A DNA stretch of 64,000 nt from an uncultured Actinomycetes bacterium (GCA_963705625.1 CAVPKG010000001.1:673867-737866); one strand, 5' to 3'. Numbered from the stretch's first letter, positions 43,960-54,416 are shown. The notes: generated by a model from the letters alone, not told the origin. A program made the numbers and translations.

Positions 43960-44226
43960 TCACCTGGCGCGTTGCTCGATCCAGAACCACGGCCCACCAC
44001 CGCGCCGCTCGTAGGCGAACGATCCGACGACGTGAAAGCTCGGCGGGTCTCCGGGCAAGCCCAACGTTGGATAAGCCCACCCATAGATCAGCCGGAAGCA
44101 CGCGGACTCGGATGACCCGGTCGGGCTGTCCGCGGTCCGGTACCCCAAGCCATCAACGACCCGAAACCACGCCGCGTCAGATGGCCCGTCCGGATGCCCA
44201 TACGCAGGGAACCAGTACTCGACCAT
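43960..44226 (-). CDS. Small aromatic-rich hypothetical protein
   Basis: 88 aa with internal repeat (WFRVVDGLGY / CFRLIYGWAY / SFHVVGSFAY). Confidence 0.55.
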   Translation of the reverse strand: MVEYWFPAYGHPDGPSDAAWFRVVDGLGYRTADSPTGSSESACFRLIYGWAYPTLGLPGDPPSFHVVGSFAYERRGGGPWFWIEQRAR

Positions 44227-44569
44227 GTTCCCACTCAACGCGGCGACGGCAGCGAGGACTAGAGGAGAAGGTCACGGTGGCGTGCCACAGTCTTGGACGG
44301 ACGCGTGTCTTCATCACATCGCGAAGTCCGACTCCGCACGCCGCGATCTGCGTCGGAGACGGCGTTCAGCGCGACGCGGTACCCGGAAACGGGCAGGATG
44401 TTTCCGGGCCACCGCGTCGGCAGCCCTCCTCTACTCAATGCCGCCCGCGACGTACCCGGTAGGGCCGAAGGTCCGCAACGAGGTCGGCCGTGATGTGCGG
44501 GGGATCGTGTGTCGCCCGCGCGTTGATTCGCGTGCCGAGTCACGATCCGAGACCGCGTGTTGACGGGCA

Positions 44570-44738
44570 GGTCTGGGGGCGGACAGCACGTGTCAGCGCA
44601 GCAGTCTGGCTGGGAGGGGTCGTTAGGGACTCCCGGGGTGCGGAGTGGGCGCGGACGACCAGCAAGGCCCACGGCGGGGGACCAGCCTTCCGACGTTTGG
44701 TCCTTGGGGACCCACGGTGCGAGTTGTTCCCGCAGACC
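44570..44738 (+). ncRNA. Candidate structured non-coding element (multibranch, about 170 nt)
   Basis: Terminal stem GGTCTG/CAGACC enclosing three hairpins (GGGAG/CTCCC, GTGGGC/GCCCAC, GGACCA/TGGTCC) in a gap without a convincing ORF. Confidence 0.4.
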
Positions 44739-44869
44739 GCGGCGGCTCCCGCGACCGCACCGTTTGTCGTTCGGTGCGCGTCTTTGGCGCGCTTGACGGA
44801 GTACCAATCAGCAGTTCTGTCGCGTTACGACAAGGTGAGGAACGCGTTCTGTCACTCGCATGGCTGCAT

Positions 44870-45412
44870 CTACGCTCCCTCGGCACGGGTGAAGGTGGCC
44901 GCGGGACGGCCGAGCCATCGCACCATACGCATCGCCGGGACGAGGCCGGGGGAGTACCGCAAACGGGCCAGACCTGTCACCTGGCCGACACTGCAGCGAA
45001 CCTCGCGAGCAACCTGCTGCCACGTCATCCCTCGCTCGCGGCGCCGGGCGTCGAGAGCGGCGTGCAACGCGACGGAGTCCCATCGGAGTATCCGGTCGGG
45101 ACCGACCTGCGGCAGAGTCGCGTCCGCCACATCCACCTCAGAGCCGGGTACGAAGCTCTCGGGCGTCCGTCCGAGCCAGAGCAACATCCCAACTGCGTGG
45201 TTCGCGCTGATCGAGCGCCTCTCTCGCATGCCAGTAAGGGTCGACGGGCTCAGCGGGTGAGGCGCAGCTCCCAATCGGGCCGCCCAGCCTGCGGACTGGG
45301 AACTGATCTCATCCGCCACCTGCCGCCACGTCAGCCCTCGGACGCGGCGCCGAGCATCGAGCGCGTCATACAGCGCGGCTACATCGAAGTCGGCGTCCGT
45401 GGCGCCAGGCAT
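44870..45412 (-). CDS. Tandem XRE-like HTH protein
   Basis: Two homologous halves: ALYDALDARRRVRGLTWRQVA..WLGRTPESF and ALHAALDARRRERGMTWQQVA..WLGRPAATF. Confidence 0.75.
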   Translation of the reverse strand: MPGATDADFDVAALYDALDARRRVRGLTWRQVADEISSQSAGWAARLGAAPHPLSPSTLTGMRERRSISANHAVGMLLWLGRTPESFVPGSEVDVADATLPQVGPDRILRWDSVALHAALDARRRERGMTWQQVAREVRCSVGQVTGLARLRYSPGLVPAMRMVRWLGRPAATFTRAEGA

Positions 45413-45467
45413 TGCTCCGAGACAACGCCCATCCACCATGACTCGTCTTCTCTCGTCGAGCGCGGCC

Positions 45468-46164
45468 TCAGTGGCTCGCGCTCGGCTTCGCGAACGGCGG
45501 ACCGTCGAACTGCTCGACGGTGGTGAAGCTCTCGACATTTCCGCGGCGCAACTTCGTGATCTCCCTCGCCGGCTTCCCGAGCGGGAGCATGGTCGCGAGC
45601 GCGAAGTTGTCGGGGATGCCGAGCAGTTCACGGAGCGCGGGTTCCTGACGTGCGAGCACCGTCGTGATGTGGCCGCCGTAGCCGGCGTCACGCGCGGCGA
45701 GCAGGATGTTGTGCGCGAGCGGGTAGACCGACGCGCCCGTTCGCGATGCTCAAGCGGTCGAGGCCGGTGTCGACCGCGGACAGGTTGGTGAGGTCGACGA
45801 CGATCACCAGGAGCACGGGCACGGTCGCGAAGTACGACGTGTCCATCGGCAATGGGACGCGACGCGCCTCCTCGAGGTCGACAGCCGGCTCCGTACGGGT
45901 GTGCGCCTCGAACGCGACGAACGGCACGAGCCCGGCCCGGCCGTGGGCCGCGTACTCGCGCATCGCGAGGTCGTACAGCAGGGAGATCCGCTGCTTGGTC
46001 GCGGGGTCGCGGACGACGATCACACGCCAGGCTTGGCGGTTCCCGCCGTTCGGCGCGAAGCGCGCGTCGTCGAGGATCCGGTACAGCACGTCGTCAGGGA
46101 GCGGGTCGTCGGTGAACTCCCGGGTCGACGGCGTCGTACGCATTGCCTGCAGCAGTTCCATCAC
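45468..46164 (-). CDS. Nitroreductase family protein (frameshift near 45740)
   Basis: STREFTDDPL, ARFAPNGGNRQAW, LLGIPDNFALATMLPLG. Confidence 0.87.
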
Positions 46165-46200
46165 CGAAGCCTCGCACTCGCGCCGGGTGGCGCGCCAAGC

Positions 46201-46953
46201 TCAGGAGCGGCAGATCAAGTTCACGAGCGAGACGAGCCGCTGGTCGTCGCCGAGCTCGGTGATGGCAACTCGCACGAACGCGTCGTCGACTGCTCGGGTC
46301 GACACCTCCGCGCGTGCCGACACAGGACCCGACCGCACCCGGTTGAGGAAGCGGATGTCGAGGTCGACGACTGCGAGTCCGGTCGCGCGCTCGGCGGCGA
46401 TCTCGGCGAGCAGTGACTGCGCGCCACCTTGGATCGTTCCGCCCGGGCCGTTGCTGACCCACGGATGCGCGTCCATCTCTACTGTGCACTCGTCCCGGAA
46501 GCGCGGGCGCAGCACGTCGTCGAACGACGACGCCCTGATCTCTTCCGCGGGCGGGGCACCGGAACCCGGGGGTGCCGCCATGCGCTCGTTCATGAACGTG
46601 ACCGTCGAACGCGCGAACGGTCGCTCGACGTCGCCCGTGTGCAAGAGCGTCTCGCCCACGAACAGCCGGCGGCCGAGCTTGGCCGGGCGACACACGAGGT
46701 AGACGCTTCCCGTCGACGGTGGCCGCGTCACGAGCGAGATCCGGAGGTCGACGGTGGGATTCACGGGGCCCGTCGGCAGGAAACCCGCGACCATGTCCAC
46801 CATCGTCGCGAGCACCCCGACCCGCGGTCGGTCGGTGCCGGGGGCCAACATCTCGGGCTGCAACTCGGCGCGCCCGTGCGTGAGTCTGTCCTCGAACCAG
46901 AGGTCGAGGCCGAGCGATCCCACGAAGCTCACGGGGTCGGCGTCGGTGTGCAC
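46201..46953 (-). CDS. Double hotdog-fold thioesterase-like protein
   Basis: GVLATMVD..PTVDLRI; NGPGGTIQGG..DLDIRFL. Confidence 0.78.
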   Translation of the reverse strand: MHTDADPVSFVGSLGLDLWFEDRLTHGRAELQPEMLAPGTDRPRVGVLATMVDMVAGFLPTGPVNPTVDLRISLVTRPPSTGSVYLVCRPAKLGRRLFVGETLLHTGDVERPFARSTVTFMNERMAAPPGSGAPPAEEIRASSFDDVLRPRFRDECTVEMDAHPWVSNGPGGTIQGGAQSLLAEIAAERATGLAVVDLDIRFLNRVRSGPVSARAEVSTRAVDDAFVRVAITELGDDQRLVSLVNLICRS

Positions 46954-47003
46954 GGGTGCGCTCCTCTCGGGCGGGTTCGGGTCCGTACGTATACTCGCCC
47001 CCG

Positions 47004-47939
47004 ATGTACCTGAACGAGTTCGCCGATGATCTCGCGCCCCTCGACATGACCTCGTCGCCGGAGTTCGCGAGCCTCCTGCAGAGCGCCACCGACCTCGGCA
47101 TCCCGCATTCCCCGGATGTGCGGTACGTGTCGCGACACACCGTGGTGCGCAGCCTGCGCTTTCACTTCACCGAGTGGGGCGAGCCGGGAGCGCCGGAGAT
47201 CCTGCTCCTGCACGGCGGCAACCAGTCGGGGCACTCGTGGGACCTCGTGAGCCTGCACCTCTCCGATCGCTACCACGTGTTCGCGCTCGACCAGCGCGGT
47301 CACGGCGACTCCGAGTGGGCGCGCGACCAGGACTATTCGATCGACGCCAAGGCGGCCGACGCCCTTGCGTTCATCGAAGACCAGGGACTCGACTCACCCG
47401 TGATCATGGGTCACTCGATGGGTGGGCGCGTCACGATGAACGTCGCGCTCGACCGGCCCGATCTTGCCCGTGGCCTCGTGCTCGTCGACGTCGGCCCCGA
47501 ACTGAGCCCTGCGGGCGTCGAGGTCATCGCCAACTTCGTGACCCGCAACGTCGAGTTCGACGATCTCGAGGAGTTCCTCGACAATGTGGTGAAGTACGAC
47601 CGCTTCCGCACACGTGAGCACATCGCGCGCACGGTGAAGTACAACATGCTGCGCCGCGCCGACGGGAAGTACATCAGCAAGGTCGACCACCGCCGCGTGC
47701 CGGTGTCGTCGTCGGACCTCACCCTCGACGACGTGAAGGCGCTGCCGTGCCCGGTGCTCATCGTGCGCGGCGGCGAGTCCGACATCTTGGAACCCGAAGC
47801 CGCGCAGCGGTTCGCCGATGCGCTGCCGAAGGGTCAGCTGATCACGGTGCCCAACTGCGGCCACAACGTGCACTCGGGGAACACGCCGGGATTCCTGGAG
47901 GCGATCGGCCCGTTCCTGACCGCGCTCGTCGGTCGGTAA
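47004..47939 (+). CDS. Alpha/beta hydrolase
   Basis: LLHGG, DQRGHGDS, GHSMGG, CGHNVH. Confidence 0.9.
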   Translation: MYLNEFADDLAPLDMTSSPEFASLLQSATDLGIPHSPDVRYVSRHTVVRSLRFHFTEWGEPGAPEILLLHGGNQSGHSWDLVSLHLSDRYHVFALDQRGHGDSEWARDQDYSIDAKAADALAFIEDQGLDSPVIMGHSMGGRVTMNVALDRPDLARGLVLVDVGPELSPAGVEVIANFVTRNVEFDDLEEFLDNVVKYDRFRTREHIARTVKYNMLRRADGKYISKVDHRRVPVSSSDLTLDDVKALPCPVLIVRGGESDILEPEAAQRFADALPKGQLITVPNCGHNVHSGNTPGFLEAIGPFLTALVGR

Positions 47940-47942
47940 GCC

Positions 47943-48395
47943 TTATTGCGCGTCGGGCTCGATCGTGGGGCGCGGGTAGTAGCGCGGATGGTCGGGAACG
48001 TCGCCCGCGGCGTGCACGCGGATGATCTCGTACACGATCTCGAGCTCGCGGTCGTCGTGCCCGTCTCCGAAATTTCGCCCGACATAGTCGCTGATGCACA
48101 CGCCACCGAACACGCGCACGATGCCTGGATAGTCGTCGATCACGAAGTCGGGAACGACCGGGACACCGAACTCGGCGAGACGCCTCTCGTAGTCTTGGAG
48201 CGGCTTGCCGTAGACGCCGTGGACGAGCTCCTCGAGTCCGTGCTTACGGACGACGCCCCAGCGTTCTCCCTCACCCGACCAGACGTACACGTGATGACCG
48301 TCCTCGCGGAGACGCGTGAAGACCTCGTGCGTTCCGGGACGGAGGGTGGAGTCACGCCCGAGGATCGTGTAGTCGACGTCGAAGAAGATGTGCAT
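47943..48395 (-). CDS. HAD-like hydrolase
   Basis: FFDVDYTI, VYVWS, GKP, VIDD. Confidence 0.78.
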   Translation of the reverse strand: MHIFFDVDYTILGRDSTLRPGTHEVFTRLREDGHHVYVWSGEGERWGVVRKHGLEELVHGVYGKPLQDYERRLAEFGVPVVPDFVIDDYPGIVRVFGGVCISDYVGRNFGDGHDDRELEIVYEIIRVHAAGDVPDHPRYYPRPTIEPDAQ

Positions 48396-48515
48396 GTTCG
48401 TGGGTCCAAGTCGAAGTCCGCAGCGTAAGCGCTCCGGCGAGCCGATCGGCGCAGCGGCTCCACCCTTCCGTGTCGAATCCGCGATATACCGGCTGTTGGA
48501 TGCGTTCTGTCTTCT

Positions 48516-48986
48516 CTACTCGATGCGAATTCCGTAGACACGCTCGAGTCGCCGCAGGGAGCGATCAACGACCTCGTCATGGGTGAGCCCGGTGTCGTAG
48601 GCAGGCGACACAAGCGGTGCTGCCCGTTCCACGCCGATGATGGCGATGCCTCGGACTCGGGTCGGAGCGAGCTGCCGGTCCCTGAGGTAGAAGGCGACGA
48701 CCTCTTCGAACCGCGGCCCATCGACGTGGACCTCGCCGCGACCCTTGAACCGGTACCCCGTTCGCGTGATCGGGTCGACGACGTTGACTTCGACGGCGGG
48801 GTTCTCTCGGAGATTGGCCATCGTGCCGGGTGAGCCGAGGTCGGCGAACACGAGATGGTCGTCGTCCCAAACCGTCGTCGTCCCCTTGGGCGAGAGGTTG
48901 GGCGTACCGTCGGGGCAGACAGTGGCCACGAAACTAAGGCTCTGATCTCGGACGACCCTCTTCATGTCGTCGGTCAAGATCGGCAT
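48516..48986 (-). CDS. Pyridoxamine 5'-phosphate oxidase-like FMN-binding protein
   Basis: FVATVCPDGTPNLSPKG, NLRENP, GYRFKG, SPAYD. Confidence 0.87.
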   Translation of the reverse strand: MPILTDDMKRVVRDQSLSFVATVCPDGTPNLSPKGTTTVWDDDHLVFADLGSPGTMANLRENPAVEVNVVDPITRTGYRFKGRGEVHVDGPRFEEVVAFYLRDRQLAPTRVRGIAIIGVERAAPLVSPAYDTGLTHDEVVDRSLRRLERVYGIRIE

Positions 48987-49045
48987 GCCAACAGCATGGC
49001 AGTCGAAAGGCCGGGCGACCCCCTCGAGCGCTCGCCGGCTGCCGG

Positions 49046-49873
49046 CTATCGGTACCGGAACCCTCGCTGAGTCGGTCCGGAGATGCAACCCAGGCCCTGG
49101 TACTTCTTGAGCCCGACGAGCTCCCGAACCCGTGCCGAGAGCGTGGGCCACACCTCGGGAAGGATCGAGAGTGAGGCGTTCTCCTGCTGCCGGATCCACG
49201 GCTGGCAGTAGTACGCGATGACACCATGACGCAGCTCGTCCGATGTCGTATTGGCACCGGTCTGGTGCAGGACGCGGCCGTCCAGGCACACGAACGACCC
49301 TGCTCTCCCACCAACCGCGATCGTTTCGCCGGCCCGCCGGCTCATGGCGTCGGAGGACCAACCGGCGTGATCCTCACGATGCGATCCGGGAACGAAGCGC
49401 GTCGCCCCGTTCTCCGCGGTGAAGTCGTCGAGCATCCAGATGATGTTCGCGACGAGCGGAAACGGCGGCCATGGTTGTGGCACGTAGCCCTGGTCGTAGT
49501 GCAGGTTCATCGGGTGGCCGCCCGGCCCGGTGATGTTCGCGGTGATGCTGGAGAGGAGGAAGCTCGGGTCGAGCAGGTGCTCCATCATCGCCAAGGCCAC
49601 GGGGTGTTCGACCAGCTCGACGAACTCGGCGCCCTTGTTCAGCAAACCGAACACGCGCTGATTCCGCGGCCCGTCCTCCCACTTCGGATCATGATCGATA
49701 CCTGCAGCCCGCTCGAACCGAGCGACCTCGACGAGGCGCGATCGCACTCGAGCGACGGTCTCCTCCGACAACACATCCGGTACCACCGCGAACCCGTCCC
49801 GCTCGAGACTCCCGAATGCCGGTTCGAGACTCTCGTTGGGCTGCAGACGCTCACGCTCCGCCACGGCTGACAT
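49046..49873 (-). CDS. Phytanoyl-CoA dioxygenase (PhyH) family protein
   Basis: LHYDQ, DFTAENGATRFVPGSH, VLHQTGAN, RQQEN. Confidence 0.9.
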   Translation of the reverse strand: MSAVAERERLQPNESLEPAFGSLERDGFAVVPDVLSEETVARVRSRLVEVARFERAAGIDHDPKWEDGPRNQRVFGLLNKGAEFVELVEHPVALAMMEHLLDPSFLLSSITANITGPGGHPMNLHYDQGYVPQPWPPFPLVANIIWMLDDFTAENGATRFVPGSHREDHAGWSSDAMSRRAGETIAVGGRAGSFVCLDGRVLHQTGANTTSDELRHGVIAYYCQPWIRQQENASLSILPEVWPTLSARVRELVGLKKYQGLGCISGPTQRGFRYR

Positions 49874-50262
49874 GTTGATCCCTCCCGCACCCGACGAGAC
49901 AATTCCTTGCTCTTGCGCGCCATGACCTGGCGGGCAGCTGACGTCGTTCGGGTTGCCGAGGAGTCGGGGGGCTGACCGAGCGCTCCGCCGAGCATCGCCA
50001 CCCAATCCGCCCTGACGATTCGCGGCCCGCACCGTCGGCGACCTCGTCGTCTGGGCCAGTCGTTGCGTCGTGCACGACGCGATCCACGACTAACCGAGCC
50101 GCGGCTCATGCACCGGGTCGCTGTGCACCAACCCACAGCCGTCTGAGACACCACTCATCCCACACGGCAGCGTCCGCATCTCGGCCACCACGTCCGTTTC
50201 TCCCGGACGCCGTCAGCGGGGGGCATTGTCGCTCGACGGTACCGACGCGCCATGATGAGCGC

Positions 50263-50724
50263 ATGCTGAAGCACGAGTTCTCGGTGGAGTTGCCGCACTC
50301 TGCGGCACGGATCTGGGCGATCTTGCAGGACTATGACCACTGGACCGACTGGTCGGCGATGGTGCATCGCGTCGATGTGCTCTGGCCGGGCGACGAGCAC
50401 CAGAACGGCCGACTGCGGCGCGTGTTCTACGAGATGCCCGACGGGCCAACGGGGACGTCGCTCGAGCTGGTCACCGAAGTCGTGCCCGAGCGCGGCCACA
50501 CCTACACGATGATCTCGCGGGACGGGAACGACCACTTCGGCCACGTTCGCCTCGAGCCGCTCGGTCCGAACCGGACGATGCTCCACTTCGACGAGACCGC
50601 CAACATGGATCCCGACGCGTACGCCTTCGTCAACAAACACAACGAGGATCACTTCCGAAACGCGTCGCAGTACCTCACCGACCACCCCGAGTACCGCCCC
50701 GATCTGATCGAGCCCGAGGCCTGA
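50263..50724 (+). CDS. SRPBCC/polyketide cyclase-like protein
   Basis: ARIWAILQDYDHWTDW; typical size. Confidence 0.75.
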   Translation: MLKHEFSVELPHSAARIWAILQDYDHWTDWSAMVHRVDVLWPGDEHQNGRLRRVFYEMPDGPTGTSLELVTEVVPERGHTYTMISRDGNDHFGHVRLEPLGPNRTMLHFDETANMDPDAYAFVNKHNEDHFRNASQYLTDHPEYRPDLIEPEA

Positions 50725-50736
50725 CCGGATCCGTTC

Positions 50737-51116
50737 GTGAGCCGACGGGCAGGCACCGACGTGCCGTGGTGGAGATCGGGCGTGCTCTATCAGATCTATC
50801 CCCGATGGTTCGCCGACTCGAACCGCGACGGCATCGGCGATCTTCGCGGTGTCATTGATCACCTCGAGCATCTGTCGTGGTTGGGAGTCGACGGCCTCTG
50901 GCTGTCGCCCATCACGGTGTCACCGAACGCCGACTGGGGCTATGACGTCGAGGCCGGGCCATCACCGTCGCGCTGAACCTCTCCCACGCGCCCGGCACAC
51001 TCGACGGCCTCGACGGAACCATCGCCATCGCGACCGACCGCTCGCGCGACGGCGAAGCCGTGTCGGACCGCCTGCACCTTCGACCGTGGGAGGGTGTGGT
51101 CGTCGCCGCCACATGA
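50737..51116 (+). pseudogene. GH13 alpha-glucosidase with most of the gene deleted
   Basis: WWRSGVLYQIYPRWFADSNRDGIGDLRG..DWGYDV joined out of frame to C-terminal ITVALNLS..LHLRPWEGVVV*. Confidence 0.85.
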
Positions 51117-51166
51117 CACGAGCAGCGGGCGTGCTCGCTCGACCGGGCGACGATAACGTCCACGCC

Positions 51167-51629
51167 ATGGGTATCCAGGCAGTGTCACATATCGCAGTCG
51201 GGGTACGCGACATGGAAGGCGCGCTCGGCTTCTACCGCGACGTCCTCGGTCTGCGTGTGACCGCCGACAAGATCGAGGAGTTCCCTCAGGGGCCGGGCCA
51301 ACCGCCGGCACAGCGCAGAGCCGTGTACCTGCGCTGGGTCGACGGGTCGCACGCGAGCTTCGTGGTGCTCGACCAGCAGATCACCAACGAGATCAAGGGT
51401 GAACCCGCCCAGCTGTTCCAGATGGGCTGCCATCACTTCGCGTTCTGGGTCGACGACATCGACGAGATGATGGCGCGCGTGCGCGCCGGCCGGGATCACC
51501 GTCGTGATGGGCGGCGACGGCCCCGGAGCCGACACCGTGATGTACGGCGAACCGCCCGGCGGGCGCGTGCGCAGCGTGTTCCTGCGCGACCCCGAGGGCA
51601 ACTACGTCCAACTCGACCAGCGCGCGTAG
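51167..51629 (+). CDS. VOC family protein (frameshift near 51490)
   Basis: VSHIAVGVRDMEGALGFYRDVLG, HHFAFWVDD, FLRDPEGNYVQLD. Confidence 0.87.
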
Positions 51630-51669
51630 CGCGGTGTCGCGACCGTAACCTCCGCTGAAGAGGCGCAGG

Positions 51670-52788
51670 TTAGAGGTCGAGCTCGAAGCCGTAGAGCTTC
51701 GCCGCGTTCCCGCCGACGATCATCGCGGTCTCTTCCTCGGGTACGCCGGCGAAGATCCGGTCGATCACTTCCTGGGTGTGCGGGAACGTGCCCTCGTGAT
51801 GCGGGTAGTCGGTCCCGAACATCAGGGTCTGGCAGCCGGTGAAGTGACGGTTGTGGACTGCAACTGCGTCGTCCATGAAGCACGCGTGGCCCTGGCGCTT
51901 GAAGTATTCGCTCGGCAGGAGCTCGAGCTTGTCGATCGGGCGCTGGAACATGTGGTGCTTCTGGTAGATCTGGTCGAGGCTCTCGAGGACCCAGGCCAGC
52001 CACGCCGCGCCCGACTCGACGACCGCCCACTGGAGGCGCGGGAACCGCTCCAGCACTCCACTCGCGCACAGGTACGAGACCACGTGGGGACCATCGCCCT
52101 GCGCGAACAACACGTAGTTGATGGTGGGCCCGCCCGGACCGCGCTCGCCCTGCGGGACGTGGCCGGTGCCGATGTGGAAGTTCGCGACCATGCCGCTGTC
52201 CTGGAGTGCCGCCCACAGTGGGTCGTAGTCGTCGCGGTTGTAGGGCAGGTGCGGCTGCTGCGCCGGGAGGTTGATGCACCGGAAGCCGAGCGCGGCGGCG
52301 CGCTCCACCTCGGCGACGGCGGCGGGAATGTCGGCGACTGCCAACGCCGCCGAAACCGCGAAGCGGTTCTTGTGCACCGACTGGTTGAACACCTCGGCCG
52401 ACCAGTCGTTGAACGCGCGCGAGATCGCGAGGTCGATGCGCGGGTCCGGTGAGTTGTCGAAGAACAACGGACCGAAGATCACCTCTCCGTGTACGCCCTC
52501 GCGGTCCTGGTCGCGGATCCGCAACTCGGGATCCCAGCCGCCCGCGCGGCTCCGCTCGAGATCCTCCTCGTCCATCTGGGCCGTCATCCGCTCCATGCGC
52601 TTCCGCATCTTGACGACGGCCGCGTCGTCGGCATCTTCCTCGCTCAAGCGGATCAGCGCGATCTTCTCCCGGAACTCCTGCGGCACGCGCTTCGCGAGCT
52701 CGTCGCCAGGCACGTTGACGTGACTGTCGGTGGAGATGACCTTGTGCTTCACGTCGGCGTGGATGGCGCCGTCGCCGACCGTCGTCAT
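51670..52788 (-). CDS. Amidohydrolase_2 family protein
   Basis: ISTDSHVN, NFHIGTG, FGTDYPHHEG, GGNAAKLY. Confidence 0.9.
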   Translation of the reverse strand: MTTVGDGAIHADVKHKVISTDSHVNVPGDELAKRVPQEFREKIALIRLSEEDADDAAVVKMRKRMERMTAQMDEEDLERSRAGGWDPELRIRDQDREGVHGEVIFGPLFFDNSPDPRIDLAISRAFNDWSAEVFNQSVHKNRFAVSAALAVADIPAAVAEVERAAALGFRCINLPAQQPHLPYNRDDYDPLWAALQDSGMVANFHIGTGHVPQGERGPGGPTINYVLFAQGDGPHVVSYLCASGVLERFPRLQWAVVESGAAWLAWVLESLDQIYQKHHMFQRPIDKLELLPSEYFKRQGHACFMDDAVAVHNRHFTGCQTLMFGTDYPHHEGTFPHTQEVIDRIFAGVPEEETAMIVGGNAAKLYGFELDL

Positions 52789-52842
52789 GAGTGACTCCTG
52801 CACGGGCCCCGAAGGGGGCCCTTGCCGAGAATTACGTTTTCA

Positions 52843-53268
52843 CTATGGTACCGAGGCGGGTCGGAACACGGGAATCTTGTAGTTGCCGCCCGGCAGGTCG
52901 ATCAGTTCGGCCTCGACCCGCATCCCGACGCGCACCTGCTCGGGCTCGATGCCGACGACGCGCGAGGGAAGCCGCAACCCGGCCTGCTCGTCGAGCTCGA
53001 TCAACGCAACGACGTACGGGATCTCGTCCTGGTAGCCCACCACCGACGGCTGGCGCTGCACGATGAAGCTGTAGATGGTGCCGCTACCCGCGACGTCTTG
53101 GAATGCCGTGGGCGCGGCGCAGCGCCGGCATCGTTCGAGTGGTGGTTGGAGCCACAACCCGCACTCGACACAGCGGCACATCGCTAGGCGACCGTCGGCG
53201 GTCGCTTCCCAGAACCCCTCGGAGTCGACGTCGGGCGCGGGTTGCGGGGGGAACTGTGGGGCCGTCAT
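52843..53268 (-). CDS. Zn-ribbon + OB-fold (DUF35/ChsH2-like) protein
   Basis: CVECG..CRRC, GTIYSF, PYVVALIELDE. Confidence 0.9.
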   Translation of the reverse strand: MTAPQFPPQPAPDVDSEGFWEATADGRLAMCRCVECGLWLQPPLERCRRCAAPTAFQDVAGSGTIYSFIVQRQPSVVGYQDEIPYVVALIELDEQAGLRLPSRVVGIEPEQVRVGMRVEAELIDLPGGNYKIPVFRPASVP

Positions 53269-54416
53269 TGCGGCTCCGTCGAGTAGATCAACGCGCCGCC
53301 GAAGGGTCCGGCGCCGGCGGTGACGAGCGCGGTTTCGGCATAGGGCACCTGGCGATCACCCGCGGCGCCGCGCAACTGCAACACGGCTTCGTAGTGGTGG
53401 TTCAGCCCGTGGAGGTAACCCTCGGAGAGCAGCCCGCCGTGCGGGTTCACCACGATGTCGCCGCCGTACGTGGCGCGGCCTTCGCGGAAGAAGTCTCCGA
53501 CTTCACCCTTGCCGCAGAAGCCGAAATCCTCGAGTGTGGCCATGACGGTATACGTATAGCAGTCGTACATCAGCGCGACGTCCATGTCGCTCGGCTGCAA
53601 CCCGGTACGCGACCAGAGCCGCGGCGCGGCGTCGCGCGAGTACATGCAGGTCATATCGTCCCACTCGAACACCGAGCCGCCCTGCCCGTTCGAGTCAGCG
53701 ACGCCGAGCGGGTAGACGGGACGTTGCGCGAGGTCGGCCGCGCGTTCCGCCGACGTCACCACGAGCGCGACCGCACCGTCGACCTCGTAGCAGCAGTCGA
53801 ACACGCGGAACGGCTCGTTGACCCAGCGGCCGTTGAGGTAGTCGTCGATGGTGATCGGTGTTCGCGCGATCGCGTGCGGGTTGTTCACTGCGTGGGCTCG
53901 CTCCTGCACGGCAATGGCGCCGAGGTCCTCCGAGGTGGAGCCGTACACGTGCTGGTGGCGGCGGCACCACATCGCGAACCACTGCGGTGGTACGAGATAG
54001 CCGTGTGGCGCCGCGAACTGTCCTTCGCCCGGAGCCAGGACCCGGTCCATCGCCTTGCCGTAGCGAGTTCCCGAGCCCAGGACGCGGTAGACGACCACCA
54101 CGTCGGCCTGGCCGGTGACCACCGCGGCGGCGGCGCCCGCGACCACCGATGCCACCGAGTTCCCACCGCCCATGACACTGACGCACCAGCCGAGGTCGTC
54201 GATGCCGATCGCGTGCGCGACCTGCATCGGTGACGCGGAATCGCCGGAGGAGTAGCAGGTGAAGCCATCAACGTCGTTCGGCGAGAGCCCGCAGTCGCGC
54301 AACGCGTCGCGCGCGGCCTCGCTCGCCATCGCGAGCGTCGTGCGACCCGACTTCCTCACGAACGGTGTGCGCCCGATCCCCACGATCGCCGCATCGCTCA
54401 ACGCGTTCTGTGCCAT
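53265..54416 (-). CDS. Thiolase-like protein (Ltp2/SCP-x type)
   Basis: AIVGIG, DCCYEVDGA, YDCYT, VNPHGGLLSEGY. Confidence 0.9.
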   Translation of the reverse strand: MAQNALSDAAIVGIGRTPFVRKSGRTTLAMASEAARDALRDCGLSPNDVDGFTCYSSGDSASPMQVAHAIGIDDLGWCVSVMGGGNSVASVVAGAAAAVVTGQADVVVVYRVLGSGTRYGKAMDRVLAPGEGQFAAPHGYLVPPQWFAMWCRRHQHVYGSTSEDLGAIAVQERAHAVNNPHAIARTPITIDDYLNGRWVNEPFRVFDCCYEVDGAVALVVTSAERAADLAQRPVYPLGVADSNGQGGSVFEWDDMTCMYSRDAAPRLWSRTGLQPSDMDVALMYDCYTYTVMATLEDFGFCGKGEVGDFFREGRATYGGDIVVNPHGGLLSEGYLHGLNHHYEAVLQLRGAAGDRQVPYAETALVTAGAGPFGGALIYSTEPQ

